Origin: a virus
Lineage: Duplodnaviria > Caudoviricetes
Direction: 5' to 3' (one strand)
IMG/VR virus record: IMGVR_UViG_3300010167_001484
Span: 1 to 64,000 of that record
DNA length: 64,000 bases
The position numbers were made by a program, and so were the translations under genes. Positions 55,584 through 64,000 of this stretch are shown one piece after another (within the stretch, counting starts at the first letter, position 1; the number at the start of each line of letters is the position of its first letter). The notes under the pieces are model-generated. The model was given only the letters and a program-made list of their open reading frames with translations. It was not told the origin of the DNA and did no database searches.

Positions 55584-56048
55584 ATGGGTGAGCCCACAGG
55601 AAATTTTATTAGAAATGCTAACGGTGTAAGAAGTGTGAATGTGAAGAAAGATTCAACATCTGCAACTAAACTTTGTTGTACAAATTGTAATAAAGAGGTT
55701 GCAGGTGGTACATACATTTCTGGTGTATTCTATTGTCCAATGTGTTATAGTGTGATAGTTGCTAATCTTTCAAAAGGGGAGAAGCAAATTTCTAACATAT
55801 CTGTTCCTTCTATAGATATGCTACCAGATGCTTGTAAATGTTGTAGTAATCATCCCAGTAATGGGGGTACAGGTATATGCCACTGTACTATTCCATATTT
55901 TAGTAAACCCGGTTATCCTCAAGTAAATACAATAACTACAACAAATTCTACACCTTATAATCAAAGAATTTCAAATAATACTTATGCTGAGGATAGACGA
56001 AATAGTAAAGTATATTTGAGGAGATTTTACTCTGTCAAATTGGACTAA
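55584..56048 (+). CDS. Cys-rich hypothetical protein
   Basis: CTNC..CPMC; C..CSNHPSNGG.G.C.C. Confidence 0.65.
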   Translation: MGEPTGNFIRNANGVRSVNVKKDSTSATKLCCTNCNKEVAGGTYISGVFYCPMCYSVIVANLSKGEKQISNISVPSIDMLPDACKCCSNHPSNGGTGICHCTIPYFSKPGYPQVNTITTTNSTPYNQRISNNTYAEDRRNSKVYLRRFYSVKLD

Positions 56049-56065
56049 TTTTTCACAATAATTGT

Positions 56066-56103
56066 AAAATAGTGTATCTATTTTTCTAGATGCACTATTT
56101 TTA
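56066..56103 (+). terminator. Rho-independent terminator
   Basis: AAAATAGTGTATCTA/TAGATGCACTATTTT plus T tract. Confidence 0.75.
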
Positions 56104-56161
56104 TGTAAACATTTCGTTATTGTATGTAATAAATCAAATAATCCATAAAGGAGTGATTACA

Positions 56162-56833
56162 ATGTTAGTAGAACCTATCCAGATTCAGTTAGCAGAAGAA
56201 ACTATGAGAACAATTAAGTTATTAGAAGGTGTGCTTGATCCGTTTATAGATGTACCTCATAGATTCACATCTAAAGAATATAGTGATATGATAATAATCA
56301 CTGTTGATCTAATTGATAATATAACTGATAGGGAGATATTTGGAGCAAATTTTCATATCTATTGGGATATTAGGAATGGTATCAGGATGAATTTTGGTAA
56401 TATGGGACCTTTTTCTATATTTCATAATAGTCAAGTTGATCTTATAAGAATCATGAATAATATTCTTACAAATGCTTCTGAGATCCGTGATAAATTTCGT
56501 GATATAATTTATTCATCTAAGATGGGTGAATTGAAGAAAGCAGTAAGTGAAGCTGAGATTGAGGAAGGATATAAAGTAGCAGAATTTATCAAGAAGCTTG
56601 AAGGTGAGATTGAGGTTGGAATGGAATTTAGAGGATTTAATCCTAGTAATTTAGGTCGTGGTGATTATACATTAACAGTTATAAAGATAACACCTAAGCG
56701 TATTACAGTTTATGTTCCTGTTTTAGATAAGATGTTTAATCTGAATCGTCATAAGTTTGCATGTAATATATATGATAAGATATATGAATGTATCAACTAT
56801 GTGAAAGTGGAAGGAGATGATTATAATGACTAA
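56162..56833 (+). CDS. Hypothetical protein
   Basis: After promoter motif 56112 and the conserved leader; start corrected. Confidence 0.7.
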   Translation: MLVEPIQIQLAEETMRTIKLLEGVLDPFIDVPHRFTSKEYSDMIIITVDLIDNITDREIFGANFHIYWDIRNGIRMNFGNMGPFSIFHNSQVDLIRIMNNILTNASEIRDKFRDIIYSSKMGELKKAVSEAEIEEGYKVAEFIKKLEGEIEVGMEFRGFNPSNLGRGDYTLTVIKITPKRITVYVPVLDKMFNLNRHKFACNIYDKIYECINYVKVEGDDYND

Positions 56834-58414
56834 CATAGAGTCGTTGAGATCAAAGGTCGTCACATATAAAGATATAGAATCTGCCGCAGATAACAGATTT
56901 GGTGGATTTGTATACGAAGATGCTGCTTGGTTAGCTAGTGTAAATACTACTGAAGGATTTAAATCTTATATTGAAAGCATACTGCCTAGTTATCTGAAAG
57001 TTGTTGAATATGGTTCTACTAAGATTGTTGATGCATATGTTAAACTAAACAATGGAATTCGTATTAATGGTAATGATTCTTGTTACAGAATTTGATTTCG
57101 TTATATGGAATATAAATTAAAATTGGAGGTAAATATCAATGAATACAGAAGTAGAAGTAGCCTACACAATCATAGGTGAGAAGAAAAGGTTCACATTCGA
57201 AGATGTGAGAACCAATGTAAGAAACGGTGTATTCGAAGGGAAGGTAGAATATCCTGAAGATGGAATACTCAAGTATGATCATGTCTTTGATGAAGATCAA
57301 AGTGTTCGCTGGAATCGTGAACAAGTTTCGCAACATAATTCGATAGTTAGATCAGCAAAAGATTCTTGGACTGCAGAGCAGAATTTGATGTACAATAGAT
57401 TTCGTACTCAACTTATATCTGCAATCATGGATGATATAAGATGTATCAGTGAAGAAACTGCATCTAAGATATTCGATGAAGCATGGAGCGACGGTCATTC
57501 TTCAGGTTATGAATCTGTTATAGATGCAGCTGATAGGTTAGTAGATTTTTTTAGCATTATCATCAAGATGGAAGGATGGGATGAAAAATGACATTACTTG
57601 AAGCAATGGTTCAACTTTACAATCATGATGACAAGAAGAAGTATGTTTCATTCACCATTTCTTTTCCAGATGTAACACGTACTGCAATAATTAAAAAACA
57701 CTGGAGTAAAGTTTTGAAGCAGTGGAATTATTTTATCAAAGAAACGTATTTACCTAATTTTGCGTATGATGAAGAAAAAATCATACCTGCAATTGCTGGG
57801 ATATCTGGTGTATCTTTATTTCTCAATATGATTACATGTAAGGTATCTGATGTAGAATATGGGGATGCAAAATGAGTACAATAAAGCAGAAAGTTGAGGC
57901 TATTCTTCAACTTAGTGAAAAAGCTAGAAATGACGATAAGTATTTGATATTATTGTATTGGAGTAGGGTTGATCTTATTAGGTTAAAAAATAATCCTAAC
58001 ATAGTAGACGATATCATTCAGAATGCAACTTCGCCTAGTTCTATAATACGGGCAAGAACATTAGTACAATCTAATGGTTTATATCCTCCAACAGAAGAAA
58101 TGGTATTGAAGAGACGTAGTAGAGAAGAAAGTATGCGAGATAGTATCGCTAGATTAGGAGAGGTGTACGAAGGTGAATAAGATATGATGACAGTAAAAGA
58201 AGTATTAGATGATATTCAAACACTGGATGGGGGAGATACATTACTTTGCCAGCTTATGGCTCTGCATAAGCACAGTTCAGGTAATGAAGATAAGGTGAAT
58301 ATGTTGAATGATCTAGGACTGAGTCTAAGTAATTTACAAGAATTGAGATCTGCAATGGCACGTATTAAGAAATCAATAGCTGTTAAATTGTATAATACTG
58401 AGGTTAATATATAA
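56817..58414 (+). CDS. Five small hypothetical proteins (56817-57095, 57139-57591, 57588-57875, 57872-58180, 58184-58414)
   Basis: Packed ORFs with RBS. Confidence 0.65.
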
Positions 58415-58426
58415 AGGAGAATAAAT

Positions 58427-59095
58427 ATGCATGTTGTTAGAAACAGAGATTATATGTTTGCTGGTTGTGTATATTGTGGTTGTGATTATTGTTTCAATGC
58501 TATAGGTGTTCGCGGTGGTGGAGTAAGTGTTCTAGAATGTGGAGAATGTAACGAATCATTTATTGTACTTGCTGATGGACGTACACAATCTACAATGGGT
58601 TTTGGTGTTAAAGAAGGACACGTTACAACTAGATTCAACTTTATTGAAGAAGGTATTCCGGAGCTTGTAAAGCAAACATGTTATGATGACGATGGATATT
58701 GGTATCCAACGGTTGGCGAGCATCCAAGACGAGATATCGCTAAGCATGAATATGTAAAACCTGACATAAGGCCGGATGACGGTATTGGGGAGTTCTGGAC
58801 ACCTCGTGGTGTAGGGCATGATGGACATAGTCCAAACATATCCGGATTTGTAAAAAGTAAACAAGCTGGAGAACGTATTCTAGAGATGTTCCAGAATGCT
58901 AGAAACAAGAATAATCAATTCAAAGATGAATCAACTGAATTGACTGAAAATACATGGTTAGATTATCGCAAACGAGAGCCTGATTGGATTCAGTTCAAAG
59001 TAAGCTCAGATGATGCTGATGTTAATAGATTATATGAACTTACAAAAGATACAAGCATCATAACACAAGATATCATTGACGAAGTGTGTAAATAA
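58427..59095 (+). CDS. Hypothetical protein with N-terminal zinc ribbon
   Basis: GCVYCG...CGEC; SGFVKSK.AGERI. Confidence 0.7.
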   Translation: MHVVRNRDYMFAGCVYCGCDYCFNAIGVRGGGVSVLECGECNESFIVLADGRTQSTMGFGVKEGHVTTRFNFIEEGIPELVKQTCYDDDGYWYPTVGEHPRRDIAKHEYVKPDIRPDDGIGEFWTPRGVGHDGHSPNISGFVKSKQAGERILEMFQNARNKNNQFKDESTELTENTWLDYRKREPDWIQFKVSSDDADVNRLYELTKDTSIITQDIIDEVCK

Positions 59096-59154
59096 TTTTT
59101 CAAATAATTTCGTTATAGTATACATAATAATCAAATAATCCAAAAGGAGAGTGT

Positions 59155-59442
59155 ATGATGATATTAGATCTTAGAGGAGATAATCGTAAGCAGTTTATCA
59201 CAGCTATTGCATTGCATGGTGTACGTAATACTGAACTTGAGAATATACATGCAGGTGAATATGAGGGAAATATTATTGATGATTCAACAATGCGAATTTT
59301 GATGCTTGATATTGAAAAGCAAATTGATATGGTTTTAACAATGATTGAAAATAATGCACCATTTCCTTATATGCGTCGTTCTTGGGATGTTCCACAGGAA
59401 GAATATGATAGATTTGTTGCTTTATGTGAATCGTCTAAATAA
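59155..59442 (+). CDS. Hypothetical protein
   Basis: VRNTELE.IHAG; own promoter motif and leader. Confidence 0.7.
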   Translation: MMILDLRGDNRKQFITAIALHGVRNTELENIHAGEYEGNIIDDSTMRILMLDIEKQIDMVLTMIENNAPFPYMRRSWDVPQEEYDRFVALCESSK

Positions 59443-59492
59443 TTTCGTTATAGTGTATATAATAATCAAATAATCCAAAAGGAGAATATATA

Positions 59493-60437
59493 ATGGAACT
59501 CACACCAAAAATCATATATGATAAACTTTCAGAAGATGTGATAGGGCAAGAAAATGCTAAAAAACTTCTAAGTGTTGCAGGATATAATCATTTCATAAGA
59601 TGTATGAATCTCGATAAGGGTATAGAGAAGTCAAATCTTATTCTCATTGGACCAACGGGATGTGGTAAAACTTTATTAATGAAATCTTTAGCTAAGATTT
59701 TGAAAATACCTTATGCTATATCAGATGCAACAACTTTAACTCAAGCAGGATATGTCGGAGAAGACGTTCAAAATTGTCTATTACGATTAATTCAAAATGC
59801 TAATATGAATGTAGAATTAGCAGAACGTGGAATCTGTTATATAGATGAAATTGATAAATTAGGAAGAAAATCTGAATCACCTTCTATAACACGTGACGTT
59901 AGTGGAGAAGGTGTTCAACAATCATTATTGAAGTTAATTGAGGGCGATATTGTAAATGTACCGGCTACTGGAGGTCGTAAACGTCCTACTGCAGAGTTAG
60001 ATAATTATATCACAATAGATACTTCAAATATATTATTTATCTGCAGTGGTTCTTTTGAAGATTTAGGATATAAAGATAAAGTAACAACAGACGATTTGAA
60101 GAAATTCGGTATGATGCCTGAGCTTCTCGGTCGTCTTCCTGTTGTAGCTAAACTTGATGATCTTTCAGTAGAAGATATTATTAGAATTCTTACAGAACCT
60201 AAGAATTCTATTGTTACTCAATATAAGAAATTATTTGAGTTGAATGGAAGCAAATTGTATATTCAAAAAACAGCTCTTGTGAGTATTGCAGAATATGCAA
60301 TAGAAAAAAGGATAGGAGCAAGAGGACTTCGTAGTATTCTTGAAACTATTCTACTTGATTTCATGTTTGAATTTCCTGAAGACGGTGATACAATTATTGG
60401 TCCTGAATATGTATATGATATATTGGTAGGTATTTGA
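59493..60437 (+). CDS. clpX: ClpX-like AAA+ ATPase lacking the N-terminal zinc domain
   Basis: [53 protein letters not shown]. Confidence 0.9.
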   Translation: MELTPKIIYDKLSEDVIGQENAKKLLSVAGYNHFIRCMNLDKGIEKSNLILIGPTGCGKTLLMKSLAKILKIPYAISDATTLTQAGYVGEDVQNCLLRLIQNANMNVELAERGICYIDEIDKLGRKSESPSITRDVSGEGVQQSLLKLIEGDIVNVPATGGRKRPTAELDNYITIDTSNILFICSGSFEDLGYKDKVTTDDLKKFGMMPELLGRLPVVAKLDDLSVEDIIRILTEPKNSIVTQYKKLFELNGSKLYIQKTALVSIAEYAIEKRIGARGLRSILETILLDFMFEFPEDGDTIIGPEYVYDILVGI

Positions 60438-60619
60438 TGATGAAAGATATATTTGAAATGACTCCGAAAGAGTTAGAGGATGCACTTAGAGATCCGAATT
60501 TGTTAGCATATCTTGCAAGTGAAGGGATAATGGTACATATAGATGAGGATACAGTAGATGAAGATGGGTTGCATCTTATTCACATCTGGGGTACTGATCC
60601 TGATTCTACGAGACATTAG
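60434..60619 (+). CDS. Hypothetical protein
   Basis: Short overlapping ORF. Confidence 0.55.
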   Translation: MMMKDIFEMTPKELEDALRDPNLLAYLASEGIMVHIDEDTVDEDGLHLIHIWGTDPDSTRH

Positions 60620-60706
60620 TTGATTGAAATGGATTTAGAAATCTTAAAATAATTTCGTTATAGTAGATGTAGTTCAAATTGAAATCAATTAAGGAGGAAA
60701 TTTACA

Positions 60707-61660
60707 ATGTCAATGGTATACGTAAAAGATCTACCCTGGTCAGGTGTCGGAGCAAAATTCGATAAAACACCTACTACATCAAAAGAAATCATAGATGGTG
60801 GTAAGATAGGGTTCAGATCTGCATCTACCCCAATGTACACTCAGCATCATACTCATGAAGATATCGGGAATTATCACGTGATGTATCGCGAGGATACAAA
60901 CGAACCCATCGGAGTAATCAATCAACAGAAGATTAAGATTACTCAAAACGAAAACATGTTCAGAGCTGTCGAATCGCTCATAGGTATAGATTTAGTACCT
61001 ACATCGGCAGCTATGGTAGGTAGAGGTAGTAAGGTTTTTGGATTCTTCAAGACGAACGAAGGATACAAAGTTGAAGGTGATGATATTGATCATTATGTCG
61101 TCATAATGAACGATCATCTCAAACCTGACGGTAAGATAACAGTTCTTAATTATCCCGTTCGGCTTGTATGTACAAACGGCTTGACAGAAATCGTTGGAAG
61201 GATAAGTAAATATCGTGTATCGTGTTCAGATAATATGGTAGAAAATCAGTCGATTGCTGCTTTCATTCGAGATCGAGTATTGAATACTCAAATAGTTCTT
61301 GAAAGGAATGCTGAGAATAAACTCAAACAGAAGCTTACAAAAGAACATGTTGAAAAGATTCTCGATGATTTGTTCCCTTATCTAAAAGCTGATGTCGGTT
61401 CATCTCATGACAGAGCAAATGAAACAACGTCAATGATTAGAGAAACATTCCTTACAAAGTGTATGAATGCCGATGATCTTCAGAACTTCAAAGGAACATT
61501 CTATCAGCTTGAAAATGCGCTCTTGGATTTTTCACAACATTATTTCATGTCCAACGAAAAAGGTATTGATCTCGAAAGACGTCTTGCAGAAATGCCTGGA
61601 TTAGTATCCAATTATCAGATGAGTAAATATTTCAAATTACAACGGCAATTAGTTGCATAG
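60707..61660 (+). CDS. DUF932 family protein
   Basis: PW.G.G, R.DT...IG, QN..F, G.KVF, PVRLVC.N, GT.Y...NA..D...H. Confidence 0.8.
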   Translation: MSMVYVKDLPWSGVGAKFDKTPTTSKEIIDGGKIGFRSASTPMYTQHHTHEDIGNYHVMYREDTNEPIGVINQQKIKITQNENMFRAVESLIGIDLVPTSAAMVGRGSKVFGFFKTNEGYKVEGDDIDHYVVIMNDHLKPDGKITVLNYPVRLVCTNGLTEIVGRISKYRVSCSDNMVENQSIAAFIRDRVLNTQIVLERNAENKLKQKLTKEHVEKILDDLFPYLKADVGSSHDRANETTSMIRETFLTKCMNADDLQNFKGTFYQLENALLDFSQHYFMSNEKGIDLERRLAEMPGLVSNYQMSKYFKLQRQLVA

Positions 61661-61678
61661 TATATGATGAATTATCAG

Positions 61679-61712
61679 TAAGACCGAGTTTGTAATGAAT
61701 TCGGTCTTATAG
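61679..61712 (+). terminator. Probable terminator hairpin
   Basis: TAAGACCGAGTT/AATTCGGTCTTA inverted repeat. Confidence 0.6.
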
Positions 61713-61764
61713 TGTATCTTGATTTTTAATTATAAATTTCGTTATAATGAATGTAGGTAATTTT

Positions 61765-61794
61765 GTCATATTAACAAAGTATGTGGATTTAAAT
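61765..61794 (+). repeat. Solitary type I-C CRISPR-repeat-like unit 4
   Basis: GTCATATTAACAAAGTATGTGGATTTAAAT behind the promoter motif at 61737-61748. Confidence 0.55.
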
Positions 61795-61820
61795 GTTATG
61801 ATATATCAGGAGAATATACA

Positions 61821-61928
61821 ATGAAAAAATTAATTAGAAATACGCATATATTTGGTATGTCTAATATATCGCCAAATGGAATAAAAGATATGAGGATTAA
61901 ATATGAAAACATTGATAGTAGCTGCTAA
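61821..61928 (+). CDS. 35-aa ORF or remnant with MKKLIRNTHIFGMSN leader
   Basis: AGGAG RBS; first 16 aa nearly identical to the N-termini of 8058/8423. Confidence 0.55.
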   Translation: MKKLIRNTHIFGMSNISPNGIKDMRIKYENIDSSC

Positions 61929-62280
61929 AGAAACTTGTGGAGGGGTATTCTGGGTAATTGATGATGAATTATTTGCATTCCCCTTCAATGGTAAATATCT
62001 AGATGGTGTTGCAAAATCCGGTAATACTTATAATCACAAGAAATTATGGCCACAAGTTAAACCTAAAGGTTGTAACAAATCTTACAATTATTTTCCTCGT
62101 GGTAGGGTTCATATAACTAATAAAGGAATATCACAGATATATATGAATCCAACTATAGATGAATCTATTATACCTTGGATCAAACAGGAATTCGGTCTAA
62201 GAGATAATCCTATAATAAATTATGATTATAGTGAGCATTATATGTGTTATCTAGAAGATGATTGGAAAGCAGATAAGTGA
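61903..62280 (+). CDS. Hypothetical protein, paralogue of 44276-44800
   Basis: GVFWVID, H...W, YNYFPRGRV, I..EFGL, HY.C. Confidence 0.7.
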   Translation: MKTLIVAAKETCGGVFWVIDDELFAFPFNGKYLDGVAKSGNTYNHKKLWPQVKPKGCNKSYNYFPRGRVHITNKGISQIYMNPTIDESIIPWIKQEFGLRDNPIINYDYSEHYMCYLEDDWKADK

Positions 62281-62290
62281 GGTGTATAAG

Positions 62291-62983
62291 ATGAAACGTA
62301 CAATATGTGTTACAGATGGTTGGGCAGGAGGTCCTAAAGAGAGTTGTGATGGACGAGAATGTCAGTACTGGAATCGAGAGTATAACGACTGTGGATATGA
62401 ATTATGGAAAAATGTACCTGAATATGATGAAGAACTTCAGATATCAACACACGGTCGAGTAAGAGTTATAGAGGAAAGATATACTTATCCAGATATGCGA
62501 CTTATTAAGGTGTGTAAAATTTTAACACCTGTAGAACTTAATCAAGATTACTTAGGTATAAATTATGATGGTAAAGGATTCTTCATACATACTCTTGTAG
62601 CAAATGCATTCATATTGAATCCAGATAATAAGAGATTGATCATACATAAGAATAGAGATAAACATTATAATTTCTACGCTAATCTTGAATGGCAAACTAA
62701 TAGTGAGAGAGCTAAAGAGGCCATAAGAGATGGAGATATGCCCATACCTCCGGGATATAAGGGTTATATACTAGAATGTGTAGAAACTAATGAGATAACT
62801 TATAGCATTAATGCTACGGCTAAGCAATTAGGTGTAACTACAAAACAGTTGGAAAATGCCGTGTATCAGAATAAAGATATTGATGGAAAGCATTACAGAA
62901 TATTACATAATTATGCATTACAGAAGATAGTAAGACCAGAAATTTTTGAAGATGATGGTGAAAATATTACTTTTGAAGAGTAG
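62291..62983 (+). CDS. NUMOD4-HNH homing endonuclease-like protein
   Basis: ELWKNVP.Y....QIS..GRVR, H.LVA.AFI.NP, H.N.DK..N...NLEW. Confidence 0.8.
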   Translation: MKRTICVTDGWAGGPKESCDGRECQYWNREYNDCGYELWKNVPEYDEELQISTHGRVRVIEERYTYPDMRLIKVCKILTPVELNQDYLGINYDGKGFFIHTLVANAFILNPDNKRLIIHKNRDKHYNFYANLEWQTNSERAKEAIRDGDMPIPPGYKGYILECVETNEITYSINATAKQLGVTTKQLENAVYQNKDIDGKHYRILHNYALQKIVRPEIFEDDGENITFEE

Positions 62984-63115
62984 AATTTATTATATAATAT
63001 TCTATATGATATATGAGAAAATAATAATATAGAATATTATAGAATCTTAAGAATTCATAGGTAAAAATCTATAATATTCTAATTAATGTATCAAAAATAA
63101 TCAGGTAGAATATTA

Positions 63116-63144
63116 TTGATTTGACCACAAATATATGATATAAT
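63116..63144 (+). promoter_or_regulatory. Host sigmaA-type promoter
   Basis: TTGATT-17 nt-TATAAT with extended -10 TG. Confidence 0.55.
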
Positions 63145-63172
63145 CATATTAAAAATAATTAAAATATAAATA

Positions 63173-63209
63173 ATTACTTTTTTAAAATCTCATTACTTTT
63201 TTAAAATCT
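63173..63209 (+). repeat. Tandem 18-nt direct repeat ATTACTTTTTTAAAATCT
   Basis: Two exact copies separated by 1 nt, immediately before promoter motif 63211. Confidence 0.8.
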
Positions 63210-63271
63210 ATTTCGTTAATATCTATACACGATGAAAATACAAATCTATTAACTGATCCCGAGGTATTTCA

Positions 63272-64000
63272 TTGGATCTGAATAGCGTAGAAAAATACAT
63301 AGTTAAGGCTCTGAGTTATTTCGAGGGCGTCAAATTATCTGATACTAATTTCCATAGATCTACAGAAGAAAGGATGATTAGTATCGGTGATTCATGTGTT
63401 AAAATTGTTAGAATTCTAACTGAAAGATTTCTACTTGAACGGTTGAGTGCTGATGATTTAGATTTCAATGAAGAGGTTGATTATGTTATACATGATCAAG
63501 CTAGATATCTTATACGTGAAATTCAAAAATTACAAACTACTATAGATCCTACTACTATAGATTCTGAAATCAATCTCAATCAATCAGTTGATGAGTTTGT
63601 TGAAGATTATAGGGATATTCCTAGAACTGATGTAAATATCATATTCAAGAATTATAATAAAATATTGAAAGATTTAGCAAACACTGATTGCAGTAATTCT
63701 ATCGTCAATAAGTGTGCTACTTTATTATGGAGGTGGTATGAAGCTAGAATAATCAGAAAATATAATCATGTTCCTACATTTCGCTATGATATGTTTAGGA
63801 TAAGACGAATCATACATTCTTTAGTAATTGTATTCGGATATTATCATGAAAAAGATGAATTAGATGTATTCTTAGAAGGTTTCGATAAATGGACTAAAGA
63901 ATTAAATATATCTCCTAAGAGTAATACTTGGATAGCTCCTTTTCAAGTTTTTCAAGTTGAAAGAAATATAGATAAGTTATATGCTAATTCTTATGCGAAT
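63272..64000 (+). CDS. Hypothetical protein, runs off the window end
   Basis: GAGGT RBS and TTG start; frame appears open to 64000. Confidence 0.65.
   Translation, partial: MDLNSVEKYIVKALSYFEGVKLSDTNFHRSTEERMISIGDSCVKIVRILTERFLLERLSADDLDFNEEVDYVIHDQARYLIREIQKLQTTIDPTTIDSEINLNQSVDEFVEDYRDIPRTDVNIIFKNYNKILKDLANTDCSNSIVNKCATLLWRWYEARIIRKYNHVPTFRYDMFRIRRIIHSLVIVFGYYHEKDELDVFLEGFDKWTKELNISPKSNTWIAPFQVFQVERNIDKLYANSYAN

Overview
AT-rich (about 30% GC by eye) segment of a large tailed phage, probably a jumbo phage of a Firmicutes-type host. Essentially all credible genes are on the + strand and use the standard genetic code. From left to right it holds: a YkuK-like RNase H gene; an RNA operon with 8 tRNA genes and three non-tRNA structured RNAs; nucleotide and DNA-modification genes (partial queF, queF, HNH, queC, NAD-dependent ligase, Nudix, DUF1599, intein-containing dCMP deaminase, thyX); a ~22 kb block of virion/fibre-like genes (1682-aa collagen-like protein, BspA-like LRR proteins, glycine-rich proteins); and many small accessory genes with homing endonucleases, an IS200/IS605-type tnpB element, a reduced ClpX and a DUF932 gene. 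Two observations stand out. (1) Four dispersed solitary repeats resemble a type I-C CRISPR repeat; three sit just behind a 13-copy phage promoter-like motif, making them candidate RNA anti-CRISPRs or Cas5d processing sites. (2) A ~340-nt ncRNA has ends that rebuild the 23S rRNA uL11-binding/GTPase-associated centre with compensatory changes, around a large structured insertion. All family calls come from motif recognition by eye; no searches were run.
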